DNA from: a virus
Taxonomy: Duplodnaviria > Caudoviricetes
DNA length: 64,000 bases
IMG/VR virus record: IMGVR_UViG_3300042914_002678
Reading direction: 5' to 3' (one strand)
Every line of letters begins with the position of its first letter. The stretch's first letter is position 1. The notes below the pieces were generated by a model that worked only from the letters and a program-made list of their open reading frames with translations, did no database searches and was not told the origin of the DNA. Below are positions 53,209-63,185 of this stretch, piece after piece. The translations under genes and the position numbers were made by a program.

Positions 53209-53760
53209 ATGTCCTGTAGGTCAGCAATTCTTATTGATAATTTTTTACCTCAAAATAAATTTGATGAACTTTCTTCAAAAGTATCATCATCTATAAACTA
53301 TACTAATAATGAATTTGCTGAATTAAGAGACGAACTATGGGAAGAGTCATATAATCTTGTCTTTGAAAGATTAAAAGAAATTGGATTGTATCAAGAACAC
53401 TTTTCTGAATCAATAAAACTATTTGGATATAATCAATTCCGTCCATCTAATTATGGACACGGTAATTTATATGGACCACACGTTGACAATGGTGGGTATG
53501 TGTTTTATATTCATCCTCATTGGGATGAAAATTGGGGAGGTCAATTAAAAATTACAAATGCGGAAGATGGACAATATAGAGATGGAATTTTCGCAAAACC
53601 AAATCGTTTCATATGGATTGATCCATCGACACTACATGATGTAACAACAACGTCAGAGGATATAGAACACACTAGAGTTGCTAATATTGCTTTCCTTGGT
53701 GGAGAGATATATGTAGACCCTGTTGGAGTTGATTTCATAAATATTTTTACTACCCATTAA
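53209..53760 (+). CDS. 2OG-Fe(II) oxygenase
   Basis: YGPHVDNGG, HPHWDENWGG, LHDVT...R motif. Confidence 0.82.
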   Translation: MSCRSAILIDNFLPQNKFDELSSKVSSSINYTNNEFAELRDELWEESYNLVFERLKEIGLYQEHFSESIKLFGYNQFRPSNYGHGNLYGPHVDNGGYVFYIHPHWDENWGGQLKITNAEDGQYRDGIFAKPNRFIWIDPSTLHDVTTTSEDIEHTRVANIAFLGGEIYVDPVGVDFINIFTTH

Positions 53761-53771
53761 TTGGTTGCACT

Positions 53772-56700
53772 GTGAAGAGAAATAGATATAGTAAAGCACT
53801 CAAAATTTTAAAATCAACGGAAGTTAATGAAAAGTTAAGTGCTTTAGATGAGTCACTACCAACAAATCATACTAAAGGACTTTATAGCCTAAACGATCCT
53901 GGATTTCGTGTAGGTCAAAAGGATCCTCAGAAAATATATTATCCAGATGCAGATGGAAACTGGCCAGCTGGAATTCCTGGAACTCCTGGTGAACTGGAGT
54001 ATGTTCGTCCAGAGGGATACTGGAGCGGCGGAAGTGACTGGGAAACTCAAGTATCTACAGATTTCAGTCAAGATTATTTGAGTTCAGACCCAACAGGTAG
54101 AAGCACTGATAAACTTATTGGTGAAGACGGAACTGTTTTTTCTGGATTGCCTCCTGGGGGAGAAGGTTTTATTTTGGGTCCAATTGTTGATGGATTTGTT
54201 CCTAACCACGGATATGATTCTTACACAAATATTGGATATATTCAAAAAGATACTAGGCAGTTCGTTCTTTTGGCACGTATTCAGGGACAATGGAAAGCTG
54301 ATTTAAATGGATCATATTCCACTTGGAATGGAACTTCTACTGGGTTTACCTCATATAATCAAAACTTTACTCTTGAGATGGCACAGTGGGTAAGGGATAA
54401 AATCCTTGCAGATGCTTATGTTTCAAAGGTTCCTTACTTCTATAGTGGAGGTGTTCCACAACGCCCTCAAAGTCCAGCAGATTGTCCTAATTGTCCGCCA
54501 GGAATGTATGGTGGTAATGGTATAGACCCTAGACAATTTGGATCTGGTGGAAACCCAAGTATTGGATCGCAGCAAGGAAATCCAAAATCTGGTGATGCTA
54601 AAGATGCTGGATATCCTTGGGGTAAAGGGGATAATAAGAAAAAAGATAAAGAAAAAACTTATGAGAGTGAATGGGGATATAAAGATAAAGATGGAAAGTG
54701 GCATCCCAGAAAACTTAGTGATGAAGAAAAGAAAAATATGACTTGGGAAGAAAGGATGGAACATAAGTATGGTCCAACTTTATCTAAAGAAAAAGAGTAT
54801 GATGATAAGAAAAGAGAACAATACGAAAAGGAAGCAGGTAGTGTTCCTCCAAATTGGTCTGGTTCTCCTGAAGAGTGGAGAGATTATAAAGCTGGAGGCG
54901 GCGATGCTGCTGTAAGAGATGGTAAGAAATATGAAGATGTTGTAAAGCAGGGTAGAGAAAATCGTGAAAAGACTGGTGAAATCAGTCCTTTAGATAAAGC
55001 CCTTGGAATTGGGGGACAAAGTAGTAGTGCAGCAACTTTTTCTGCTTATAAAAATGGTGGAGGTGATGCTGCAGTTAGAAATGGAAAATCTGCTCAAGAT
55101 GTTATAAATCAAGGTATAACAAATATTGATAAAACTAATTCTGGACCAAGAAGGACATCTACTAGTATGTCCGACTTTAGTTCTCCAGCAGAATTTTCTG
55201 CATATAAAGCAGGCGGAGGTGATGCGGCGGTAAAGCAAGGAATGACTAGAAACCAAGTTATTCAGCAAGGAATACAAAATATTGATAAAACTGATTCTGG
55301 ACCTAGACCACAATTTAATTATACAGACTATGTGAATTCTTTACCTCCAGAAGTAAAGAATGATATGATAAAAGGTGGAAAAACTGCATCACCTGTGGGT
55401 GACCTTGCTATTATGTTGGGTGTTGGTGCTGCCATATATGGCGGTGGTGCTGTTGCTGCAGGTGTAGCAGCTGCTGGAGCAAGAGGAACTCTCAGCGCAA
55501 TATCCGCTGCTCAAGGAATTGACCTTTTGAGATCAATGTCGGGAGATGCAAATACTCCAAAAGATTTATCACTTCAATTAGCCAGTAAGTTGGTTGGATC
55601 GATTATTTCTGGACTACCACAGGAAATCAAACTATCAACTCAAGCTAAAATGGACCAAATAAAAAATTTGAATTTATCTGGATTTGAAAAAGCACTTGAA
55701 ATAGGTAAAGCACCAAAACCAGATGCAAAGAATGCAGTTAATCCTGGAAATAAAAGAGATGATGTTTTAGGTGGTGGATGGGGAGACCAGGGAGGGGTTG
55801 AAGTACATTATGACCCTAAAACAGATTCTCTCACTATCACTGGAAATAAAATGTTGAGAACTGGCGAAAAAGGTGATGCATTTGATGGAAATAGGCAAAC
55901 GGAATTTGGGGATATACCAAAATTAACTCCATCTCAAGTTGAACAGGGATTGGAAAGATATGGATTAAAAGAACCTTTAAAAAAACTTTTCGATAGTATT
56001 CCAGATAATGTGCCTGCTAGCGAAAGGCAAAGAATATACAATGAGGTTACAAGTGCATCTATTAATTATGCTGCACAGGGAACAGCATCAAATGCAGTTG
56101 CTGTCCGTCAAGCAATGGTGAATGCTGGAATTGTTCCCGAAAGTGAAACCGAAAAAACTGGTGGTGGTTATGGGCAAGTTTATTCTCAAACAACCTATAG
56201 TGGAAAAGAAATACCTCCAGAAGTTAGAAGTATTATTAATAAGAAAGTGGGAGTTAAAGAATCATATAATCTCACAAATAAACAACGTAAACTTCTCAAA
56301 GAAATCAAAAAACCAGTGGTTGTACCAGAACTACCGAAAAAATATAAAATGAATTTTGCTGGTAAGTATTCTCCACAGAATACTCCAGATAAAACTGCAT
56401 CTAAATTATCTGATGACTTAGTTGCATCGGGAAATGCAAGAGGTCAAAGATGGAGAACTCAAGACAAATATTGGCAAGGTTATGAAACTACAGAAAGAAT
56501 GAATATTATTTACGATAGAGTTGGGCATGGTGACCAATACTGGGAAGAAATAATTAAAGAAAATAAGAGAAAAAATAATTGGAAAACGAGAGAAATGCAA
56601 GAGCATTTGAATATTATGGCTCACGAAAAAGCAATGAAAGAGGGCAACCCAAATTATGAAAGTCCTTTCTATAAAGAGTTTATCCAAGAGCAAGAAACAA

Positions 56701-56957
56701 TTGAAGCTGATAAAGATCCTCTCTTTAAAAAGATTGCAAAGAAATTGAAAAAGGAAATCGATTATTCAGATAAACCATCTAAGACTGGTGTTCCAAATGA
56801 ACCACCACCACAAATGGTAAATGGTTACCATCCTAATTTTGGGAAGAGAAAAGACTATTACAATAAATTAGATCCACAAAGTGCTAGTGCAATGCCAGAA
56901 ACTGGTGACCCAGAGATTGATACACAAGTCAAGGCAGCACGAAAGAAACCCAAGTAG
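53772..56957 (+). CDS. Large modular hypothetical protein with three internal repeats
   Basis: 1061 aa containing three YKxGGGDAAV repeats. Confidence 0.8.
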   Translation: MKRNRYSKALKILKSTEVNEKLSALDESLPTNHTKGLYSLNDPGFRVGQKDPQKIYYPDADGNWPAGIPGTPGELEYVRPEGYWSGGSDWETQVSTDFSQDYLSSDPTGRSTDKLIGEDGTVFSGLPPGGEGFILGPIVDGFVPNHGYDSYTNIGYIQKDTRQFVLLARIQGQWKADLNGSYSTWNGTSTGFTSYNQNFTLEMAQWVRDKILADAYVSKVPYFYSGGVPQRPQSPADCPNCPPGMYGGNGIDPRQFGSGGNPSIGSQQGNPKSGDAKDAGYPWGKGDNKKKDKEKTYESEWGYKDKDGKWHPRKLSDEEKKNMTWEERMEHKYGPTLSKEKEYDDKKREQYEKEAGSVPPNWSGSPEEWRDYKAGGGDAAVRDGKKYEDVVKQGRENREKTGEISPLDKALGIGGQSSSAATFSAYKNGGGDAAVRNGKSAQDVINQGITNIDKTNSGPRRTSTSMSDFSSPAEFSAYKAGGGDAAVKQGMTRNQVIQQGIQNIDKTDSGPRPQFNYTDYVNSLPPEVKNDMIKGGKTASPVGDLAIMLGVGAAIYGGGAVAAGVAAAGARGTLSAISAAQGIDLLRSMSGDANTPKDLSLQLASKLVGSIISGLPQEIKLSTQAKMDQIKNLNLSGFEKALEIGKAPKPDAKNAVNPGNKRDDVLGGGWGDQGGVEVHYDPKTDSLTITGNKMLRTGEKGDAFDGNRQTEFGDIPKLTPSQVEQGLERYGLKEPLKKLFDSIPDNVPASERQRIYNEVTSASINYAAQGTASNAVAVRQAMVNAGIVPESETEKTGGGYGQVYSQTTYSGKEIPPEVRSIINKKVGVKESYNLTNKQRKLLKEIKKPVVVPELPKKYKMNFAGKYSPQNTPDKTASKLSDDLVASGNARGQRWRTQDKYWQGYETTERMNIIYDRVGHGDQYWEEIIKENKRKNNWKTREMQEHLNIMAHEKAMKEGNPNYESPFYKEFIQEQETIEADKDPLFKKIAKKLKKEIDYSDKPSKTGVPNEPPPQMVNGYHPNFGKRKDYYNKLDPQSASAMPETGDPEIDTQVKAARKKPK

Positions 56958-56960
56958 GGG

Positions 56961-56990
56961 CTTGACACGGGTAAGAAACCGTAGTATGAT
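56961..56990 (+). promoter_or_regulatory. Sigma70-type psbA promoter
   Basis: TTGACA at 56962, about 17 nt, TATGAT. Confidence 0.75.
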
Positions 56991-57051
56991 AAATAGGTAA
57001 ACAAATGTTACGAATTTCTCACAATTCTTAACATTGTCAAACACCCCGCAA

Positions 57052-57150
57052 ACCGAGACCTCTAGGGTGTATAAATTACGTCTCTCATATCCCCGCTAAG
57101 GGTGCGGGGAGCATAGTATCTCCACCATTTCCCTGATGGTCTTACTATCC
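57052..57150 (+). ncRNA. PhotoRC-II-like structured psbA leader
   Basis: gagac...gtctc stem, ccgc-taagggt-gcgg and accat-ttccctg-atggt hairpins, flanked by atagta/tactat. Location and motifs match the cyanophage psbA-leader RNA as recalled. Confidence 0.7.
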
Positions 57151-57161
57151 TTTTTAGAAAA

Positions 57162-58244
57162 ATGACTGCTACACTTTCACGTCAACAATCACAATCGAAT
57201 ATTTGGGAACAGTTTTGTAACTGGGTAACTTCAACAGACAACCGCCTCTATGTGGGTTGGTTCGGCGTTCTGATGATTCCTTGCCTGCTTGCTGCTACTA
57301 TCTGTTTCATTGTTGCCTTCATTGCTGCACCTCCTGTGGACATTGATGGTATCCGTGAACCCGTTGCTGGTTCACTCATGTACGGAAACAACATCATCTC
57401 TGGTGCTGTTATTCCTTCGTCCAACGCAATTGGACTGCACTTTTACCCCATCTGGGAAGCTGCTTCCCTAGATGAGTGGCTTTACAACGGTGGTCCCTTC
57501 CAATTGGTAGTGTTCCACTTCCTTATTGGTATCTACGCTTATATGGGTCGTGAATGGGAACTTTCTTATCGTCTTGGGATGCGTCCTTGGATCTGTGTTG
57601 CTTACTCCGCTCCTGTTGCTGCTGCTTCTGCGGTGTTCCTTGTTTATCCTTTCGGTCAAGGTTCCTTCTCTGACGCAATGCCTCTTGGAATCTCAGGCAC
57701 GTTTAACTACATGCTCGTCTTCCAAGCAGAACACAATATCCTTATGCATCCGTTCCATATGCTTGGGGTTGCTGGGGTATTTGGTGGCTCTCTGTTTAGT
57801 GCTATGCACGGAAGTCTGGTTACGTCTTCCCTTGTCCGTGAAACGACAGAGCAAGAGTCTCAGAACTATGGTTACAAGTTCGGACAAGAAGAAGAAACAT
57901 ACAACATCGTAGCTGCACACGGTTATTTCGGTCGCCTTATTTTCCAATATGCTTCCTTTAATAACTCACGTTCGCTGCACTTCTTCCTTGCTGCATGGCC
58001 TGTAGTTGGTATCTGGTTCACTGCTCTTGGTGTTAGCACCATGGCCTTCAATTTGAATGGCTTCAACTTTAACCAGTCTATCGTTGATAGTCAGGGTAAA
58101 GTAATCAACACCTGGGCTGATGTTCTGAATCGTGCTGGTCTTGGAATGGAAGTAATGCATGAGCGTAATGCTCACAACTTCCCTCTTGACCTTGCTGCTG
58201 CTGAGTCAACTCCTGTTGCACTCACCGCACCTGCAATCGGTTGA
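57162..58244 (+). CDS. psbA: Photosystem II reaction centre protein D1 (intronless)
   Basis: [37 protein letters not shown]. Confidence 0.99.
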   Translation: MTATLSRQQSQSNIWEQFCNWVTSTDNRLYVGWFGVLMIPCLLAATICFIVAFIAAPPVDIDGIREPVAGSLMYGNNIISGAVIPSSNAIGLHFYPIWEAASLDEWLYNGGPFQLVVFHFLIGIYAYMGREWELSYRLGMRPWICVAYSAPVAAASAVFLVYPFGQGSFSDAMPLGISGTFNYMLVFQAEHNILMHPFHMLGVAGVFGGSLFSAMHGSLVTSSLVRETTEQESQNYGYKFGQEEETYNIVAAHGYFGRLIFQYASFNNSRSLHFFLAAWPVVGIWFTALGVSTMAFNLNGFNFNQSIVDSQGKVINTWADVLNRAGLGMEVMHERNAHNFPLDLAAAESTPVALTAPAIG

Positions 58245-58265
58245 GTTAGTTAAAACTTAATCACT

Positions 58266-58290
58266 GGGGTCTTCGGACCCCTTTCTTTTT
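58266..58290 (+). terminator. UUCG-loop intrinsic terminator after psbA
   Basis: ggggtc-ttcg-gacccc plus T-rich tail. Confidence 0.88.
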
Positions 58291-58313
58291 CTACACTAAT
58301 GTAAAGTTTTATT

Positions 58314-58496
58314 ATGCCCGATCTTATTGAACTGCTGACTTATTATGTAATTGTTGCTGCTCTGTTTATTGGAGCACCAGCAGTATTCTTCACAATTGTT
58401 TTTATGCCAGCACTTATGAATACCAAAGGTGCTGTAGTTGGATATAAAATTCACCGCGACTATGGTGATACTACAATCTACGATAAGGTAAAATAA
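58314..58496 (+). CDS. Small single-TM protein between psbA and psbD
   Basis: 60 aa with a long hydrophobic segment. Confidence 0.7.
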   Translation: MPDLIELLTYYVIVAALFIGAPAVFFTIVFMPALMNTKGAVVGYKIHRDYGDTTIYDKVK

Positions 58497-58499
58497 ACT

Positions 58500-59561
58500 A
58501 TGGTTTCATCTACACTTTCACAACCAATTCAACAAAGGGGGTGGTTCGATGTTCTCGATGATTGGCTTAAGCGTGATAGGTTTGTTTTTGTCGGTTGGTC
58601 TGGCCTTCTCCTTTTCCCTACAGCTTATCTCGCTCTTGGCGGTTGGCTTACAGGAACCACCTTTGCTACCAGTTGGTACACCCACGGCATTGCGAGTTCA
58701 TATCTTGAGGGGTGTAACTTTCTTACTGCTGCTGTTTCTACTCCTGCTGATGCTCTCGGACATAGCCTCTTACTCTTATGGGGTCCTGAAGCTCAGGGGG
58801 ATTTCGTCCGCTGGATCCAACTTGGGGGACTCTGGACTTTTGTGGCGCTCCACGGGGCTTTCAGCTTAATCGGATTTATGCTTCGTCAGTTTGAGATTGC
58901 CCGTCTTGTAGGCATCCGTCCTTATAACGCAATCGCATTCTCTGGTCCTATCGCCGTATTCGTCAGCGTCTTTCTGATGTACCCTCTGGGTCAATCTAGT
59001 TGGTTCTTCGCTCCATCGTTTGGTGTAGCAGCAATCTTCAGATTCCTTCTATTCCTTCAAGGTTTCCATAACTGGACCCTCAACCCCTTTCACATGATGG
59101 GAGTTGCTGGTATCTTAGGTGGTGCTTTGCTATGTGCCATTCACGGTGCTACCGTAGAGAATACCCTGTTTGAAGATGGAGAACAAGCAAATACTTTCAA
59201 AGCTTTTGAACCAACACAAGAGGAGGAAACTTACTCGATGGTTACTGCTAACCGTTTCTGGTCACAGATTTTCGGTATTGCTTTTAGTAACAAGCGTTGG
59301 TTGCATTTCTTTATGCTCTTTGTTCCCGTCATGGGTCTATGGACCTCTAGTATCGGTATCATTGGACTCGCTCTTAATCTTCGTGCTTACGACTTTGTAT
59401 CTCAAGAGATTCGTGCAGCGGAAGATCCTGAGTTTGAGACTTTCTATACGAAGAATATTCTTCTGAATGAGGGTCTACGTGCTTGGATGGCTCCTGTAGA
59501 TCAACCTCACGAGAACTTTGTATTTCCAGATGAGGTTCTCCCGAGGGGTAATGCACTATAA
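58500..59561 (+). CDS. psbD: Photosystem II reaction centre protein D2
   Basis: [42 protein letters not shown]. Confidence 0.99.
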   Translation: MVSSTLSQPIQQRGWFDVLDDWLKRDRFVFVGWSGLLLFPTAYLALGGWLTGTTFATSWYTHGIASSYLEGCNFLTAAVSTPADALGHSLLLLWGPEAQGDFVRWIQLGGLWTFVALHGAFSLIGFMLRQFEIARLVGIRPYNAIAFSGPIAVFVSVFLMYPLGQSSWFFAPSFGVAAIFRFLLFLQGFHNWTLNPFHMMGVAGILGGALLCAIHGATVENTLFEDGEQANTFKAFEPTQEEETYSMVTANRFWSQIFGIAFSNKRWLHFFMLFVPVMGLWTSSIGIIGLALNLRAYDFVSQEIRAAEDPEFETFYTKNILLNEGLRAWMAPVDQPHENFVFPDEVLPRGNAL

Positions 59562-59601
59562 AAATTATTTTTTATAAATAGTGTTACCCTGCGGTAATAC
59601 T

Positions 59602-60105
59602 ATGGCGAGACCCAAATCAAAATCTCACATTGGTGAGAAACACAATAGGCTGACTATCTTGGAGCAACACAGCGAAAAGAAGTCGGTCTATTTTACTATC
59701 AAGTGTGATTGTGGGACCATAAAGAAAGTCCGTAAGGATGCTATTATTGGACCCAGAGCAGAGACAAAATCATGTGGATGCATATTGAAAGCACACGATT
59801 GGAACAGGGGTCGTGATGCTCGTTCACCTATGTGGTCTCGGGCAAAATATAGGGCAAAGCAAAAAGGTCTGGATTTCAATATCACAAAAGAAGATATTGT
59901 TATTCCAGACACCTGCCCTTTGTTAGGCACTCCTATGGAATCACCATCATTAGATCGTATTGATTCTTCCAAAGGATATATTAGAGGTAATGTATGGGTC
60001 ATCAGTAATAGAGCCAACACTTTAAAGAATGATGCTACCATATCAGAACTTAAACTTTTGGTAGAGAGATTGGAAGAGGTCTTGCCGAGGGGCAATGCTC
60101 TATGA
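59602..60105 (+). mobile_element. Free-standing HNH-type endonuclease whose C-terminus is a second copy of the psbD 3' end
   Basis: CDCG...SCGC, CPLLG, SLDRIDSSKGYIRGNVWVISNRANTLKN, ending [10 protein letters not shown]. Late promoter at 59573. Confidence 0.85.
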
Positions 60106-60234
60106 TATACTGGGAGGGGAAACCCTCCTTTTTTAATGATTAGTTCAGAGACACCCTATAAACTAGCAGAAATAATTAGGGATACTTGGCCACAGTTATA
60201 CTCACTAAATAATTTTCAAAACAATAAAAAAGAT

Positions 60235-60471
60235 ATGAAGTTTACAGTTTATTCTAAAGATGGTTGCCCATATTGCACAAAAGTTCAACAGGTGTTAGAG
60301 TTGGCACAACTACAGCATGTGGTTTACAAATTGAATACAGACTTTACCCGTGATGAATTCTATGCAGAATTTGGTGAGGGATCTACATTTCCTCAAGTAA
60401 TTGTTAATGATAAGCACATTGGTGGATGTACAGATACTGTGCAATATCTGAAGGAGCAGAATTTGGTTTAA
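60235..60471 (+). CDS. nrdC: Glutaredoxin
   Basis: CPYC, TFPQV, IGGCTD. An in-frame upstream extension reaches ATG 60136. Confidence 0.92.
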   Translation: MKFTVYSKDGCPYCTKVQQVLELAQLQHVVYKLNTDFTRDEFYAEFGEGSTFPQVIVNDKHIGGCTDTVQYLKEQNLV

Positions 60472-60830
60472 TGAACAGCAATCTTCACGAAGTTTACACT
60501 GACGTTGAAAAGGCAATTGACTATGCTTTTAATGGACAATTTGTTCTAAAATTTTACGATTACCTAAAGATTCGTGGAACAAAAAGAGTTGAAGTTGAAG
60601 AGTTTATTGAAAGTTCTACCGCTAGCGAAATCAACAGTCTTATCTTAGATTTGGATGAATACCTTGAAGGTGGGTCTGACAGTATGCATAAACAACTTCG
60701 TGAGGGATATGGTCACATACCTAAACCAGAAGCAAGAAAAATTCGTAATTATTTGTATGGCATTTTAGAAGATGCCTGGAAGTATAGTCATGACAAGAGA
60801 CCGGGACGCAGAAAGAAGCAAACTAAATAA
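60471..60830 (+). CDS. Conserved cyanophage hypothetical protein
   Basis: Start ATG 60471, coupled to the glutaredoxin stop. Confidence 0.8.
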   Translation: MNSNLHEVYTDVEKAIDYAFNGQFVLKFYDYLKIRGTKRVEVEEFIESSTASEINSLILDLDEYLEGGSDSMHKQLREGYGHIPKPEARKIRNYLYGILEDAWKYSHDKRPGRRKKQTK

Positions 60831-60996
60831 ATCAGAACCCCAAATTAATAGGGGTGTTGAATTATTGCTACGTAATAGGAGGAGGAAATCACAAAAACCA
60901 AAGACTTTTCAAGTGAAGTTTGGTAAGATGATTTCTCTCTTTCGCAGAGAGTTTCATTTTTTTATAGAATTTCATTTTGATGTTAGAAAAAAATAA
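60772..60996 (+). CDS. Basic hypothetical protein
   Basis: 74-aa ORF, start uncertain. Confidence 0.6.
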   Translation: MPGSIVMTRDRDAERSKLNKSEPQINRGVELLLRNRRRKSQKPKTFQVKFGKMISLFRREFHFFIEFHFDVRKK

Positions 60997-61014
60997 ATTC
61001 TCTGGAGAAAACAA

Positions 61015-61242
61015 ATGGAAACAGCATATGTAATTACATTCACTGTAATGTTCACGTTGCTATTTTTTATGACGGGGGGTATAATAGGTTGGTTAACCTA
61101 TAGGCATTTGTTAGAATCAAAACCTCCATATTTGCATCCAGAGTTCTTTGATGAGAATGGGCAGGTGATTCCTGACGAAATAGTATCTGTACGATTTGAA
61201 AATAACGATTATGACTACTACGAAGACGAGGAAGAAGACTGA
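61015..61242 (+). CDS. Single-TM protein with an acidic tail
   Basis: GGAG SD, hydrophobic N-terminus. Confidence 0.8.
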   Translation: METAYVITFTVMFTLLFFMTGGIIGWLTYRHLLESKPPYLHPEFFDENGQVIPDEIVSVRFENNDYDYYEDEEED

Positions 61243-61780
61243 TGAAGTGTCTATTGAAACACTTCCAGTAAATCCTTTTGTATTTGAAATTTTAGAATTA
61301 GCATCAAAGCAACGTTCTAATGCAAAAAAAGTTGAAGTGCTTAAGACATATGCACACGACTCACTCAAGACTGTTTTTATTTGGAACTTTGATGAATCTG
61401 TCGTAAGTCTTCTTCCAGAAGGTGACGTTCCTTATGCAGAAGCAAATGACCAGACTGTTTACTCTGGAACCCTATCAGACAATCTTAGGAAAGAAGCACT
61501 GGGGGGAGAATCTGCTACAGGGCAAGACCTTGATGGCAGAGGTAAAACATCTCTACGCAGAGAGTATCAAAATCTTTATCACTATGTGAGAGGAGGTAAT
61601 GATTCTCTGAATAATATTCGCCGTGAGATGATGTTTATTAATCTTCTTAGGGGACTTCATCCAAAAGAAGCTGAAGTGGTTATCCTTACTAAGGATAAGA
61701 AACTAAGCACTAAATACAAAATAACTCTTGATAATGTAAAAGAAGCGTACCCTGACATTCAATGGGGTGGTCGTTCGTGA
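61211..61780 (+). CDS. Conserved T4-like hypothetical protein
   Basis: FEILE...KKVEVLK, RREMMFINLLRGLHPKEAE. Confidence 0.8.
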   Translation: MTTTKTRKKTDEVSIETLPVNPFVFEILELASKQRSNAKKVEVLKTYAHDSLKTVFIWNFDESVVSLLPEGDVPYAEANDQTVYSGTLSDNLRKEALGGESATGQDLDGRGKTSLRREYQNLYHYVRGGNDSLNNIRREMMFINLLRGLHPKEAEVVILTKDKKLSTKYKITLDNVKEAYPDIQWGGRS

Positions 61781-62112
61781 CAGTTGCAGTAAATATGGAG
61801 AAAGATATGGCAGAATTTGGAAAAGATGAAAGGTCGGTTCTGCCCTCTAGCTATGGTTGCGATATTATCTTAGAAAAAACAAACATAGAAGCAGCAAAAG
61901 ATTCTTCTTTTCCAAATGATGCTTATTTGATTTGGTATAGTGTTGATGATAAAGAGCATCTAGATTTAGTTAGAGGAACTAGAGTTCGTATTTTTGATAT
62001 GTACTATGATAAGTATGGTCCAGGAGCAGTTAAAAAAATTGACTTTGGATATGGACGTACTAATCCCAAACTATGGGGATATAAACAACCTGAGAAAAAG
62101 AAAAAAAGATGA
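61777..62112 (+). CDS. Conserved cyanophage hypothetical protein
   Basis: GTG start overlapping the previous stop. Confidence 0.75.
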   Translation: MTVAVNMEKDMAEFGKDERSVLPSSYGCDIILEKTNIEAAKDSSFPNDAYLIWYSVDDKEHLDLVRGTRVRIFDMYYDKYGPGAVKKIDFGYGRTNPKLWGYKQPEKKKKR

Positions 62113-62327
62113 GTGAAGGTTTTAAGGGTTTTGCTAAACCATCAAAAGATAGAGAACTAAAACTCTATCTTAAAAACAATGAAGTTAATAAACTAATCAA
62201 AGAGTATAAGAAACTTAAAAAATATCAAAAGTCTTCTATTTTTGAAATTGAAAAACTTTCAGGACAAGAAACGAAGATTGATAAATTACTAGATGAATAT
62301 GGAATAGATCCTGAAGCAATTGAATAA
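62109..62327 (+). CDS. Hypothetical protein
   Basis: 72-aa ORF. Confidence 0.7.
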   Translation: MSEGFKGFAKPSKDRELKLYLKNNEVNKLIKEYKKLKKYQKSSIFEIEKLSGQETKIDKLLDEYGIDPEAIE

Positions 62328-62653
62328 TGGGAAAACATTACTTACTTAACTTGTATGGATGCTCGTTTGTTCTTTTGGACGACGAGCGTTGCCTTATAGA
62401 CTTACTGGAGAATGCTGCTGTTGCAAGTGGTGCTACTGTGGTTCAAACTATTTCAAAGAAGTTTGAACCACAAGGTGTCACTGTAATTTGTTTGCTATCA
62501 GAAAGTCATATCAGTATTCATACTTGGCCTGAGGAAGGAAAGGCTGCAGTGGATGTTTATACTTGTGGTGATTGCAACCCAAAGATTGGTTGCGATATTA
62601 TTATTCAACAACTTTATGCTCAAAATCATACCCTAAGTTATATTGAGCGTTAA
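62327..62653 (+). CDS. speD: S-adenosylmethionine decarboxylase proenzyme
   Basis: KFEPQGVT, LSESHISIHTWPE (self-cleavage ES-H), DVYTCG. Confidence 0.95.
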   Translation: MGKHYLLNLYGCSFVLLDDERCLIDLLENAAVASGATVVQTISKKFEPQGVTVICLLSESHISIHTWPEEGKAAVDVYTCGDCNPKIGCDIIIQQLYAQNHTLSYIER

Positions 62654-62680
62654 CTAAATACACTATATCTGGAGAAGTAT

Positions 62681-62998
62681 ATGCTCTCTACTCAATACCG
62701 TCTTCGCCTTGAAGCAATCTGCGAGAGAATTGTGAAAGGCGAATCTGTAGAGTTAAGTGAAATGATATGGGCAGAAAAACTAGCAAAGGCAAATCGTTCT
62801 GCCTCAACTATTTTAAGACAAGCAAGACGCCGTGCTGCTAATCCTGATATGCAGGAAGGTGGTTTAGATGACTTTATGAATGCATTGGATTTGGGAGATC
62901 CTGATCCATCAAATCATAAAACTAGATTCAATGGTGCTGATGATATTATAGATTTCTTTAGTCAGGATAAACCAGAAGACTGGCGTACTAGAGATTAA
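62681..62998 (+). CDS. Conserved cyanophage hypothetical protein
   Basis: 105-aa ORF MLSTQYRLRLE... Confidence 0.8.
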   Translation: MLSTQYRLRLEAICERIVKGESVELSEMIWAEKLAKANRSASTILRQARRRAANPDMQEGGLDDFMNALDLGDPDPSNHKTRFNGADDIIDFFSQDKPEDWRTRD

Positions 62999-63000
62999 AA

Positions 63001-63053
63001 TTGTAACAAAAGTTACAAAAGAATTTACCTATATAGAGCGATGGGTCTATAAT
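63001..63053 (+). promoter_or_regulatory. NtcA-type box and promoter
   Basis: ttGTA-acaaaagt-TACaa (GTA-N8-TAC, 63003-63016). TTTACC (63024), 18 nt, TATAAT (63048). Confidence 0.65.
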
Positions 63054-63060
63054 ACCCTTA

Positions 63061-63153
63061 CGTTCATCCAGGAAACTGGACGCAAGTAGGACGGCGGAAC
63101 GGAACGTTCATTTGCTATTCGCAAATAGCAAACGCAAACCGCCCGAAGGAACG
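63061..63153 (+). ncRNA. Tandem Downstream-peptide / glutamine-II riboswitch-like RNA
   Basis: Two units of CGTTCAT-[hairpin]-ACGCAA...GGAACG (63061-63101 and 63105-63153), upstream of a YRG-motif peptide. Confidence 0.8.
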
Positions 63154-63185
63154 GGATTAACCATCTCATTCTGGAGGAAATCCTA

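Noticed and set aside
57162-58244. Group I intron in psbA (known in some cyanophages)
   Set aside because: The ORF is continuous, full-length (360 aa) and uninterrupted. gp43, nrdA, nrdB and psbD are also uninterrupted, with no intein motifs seen.
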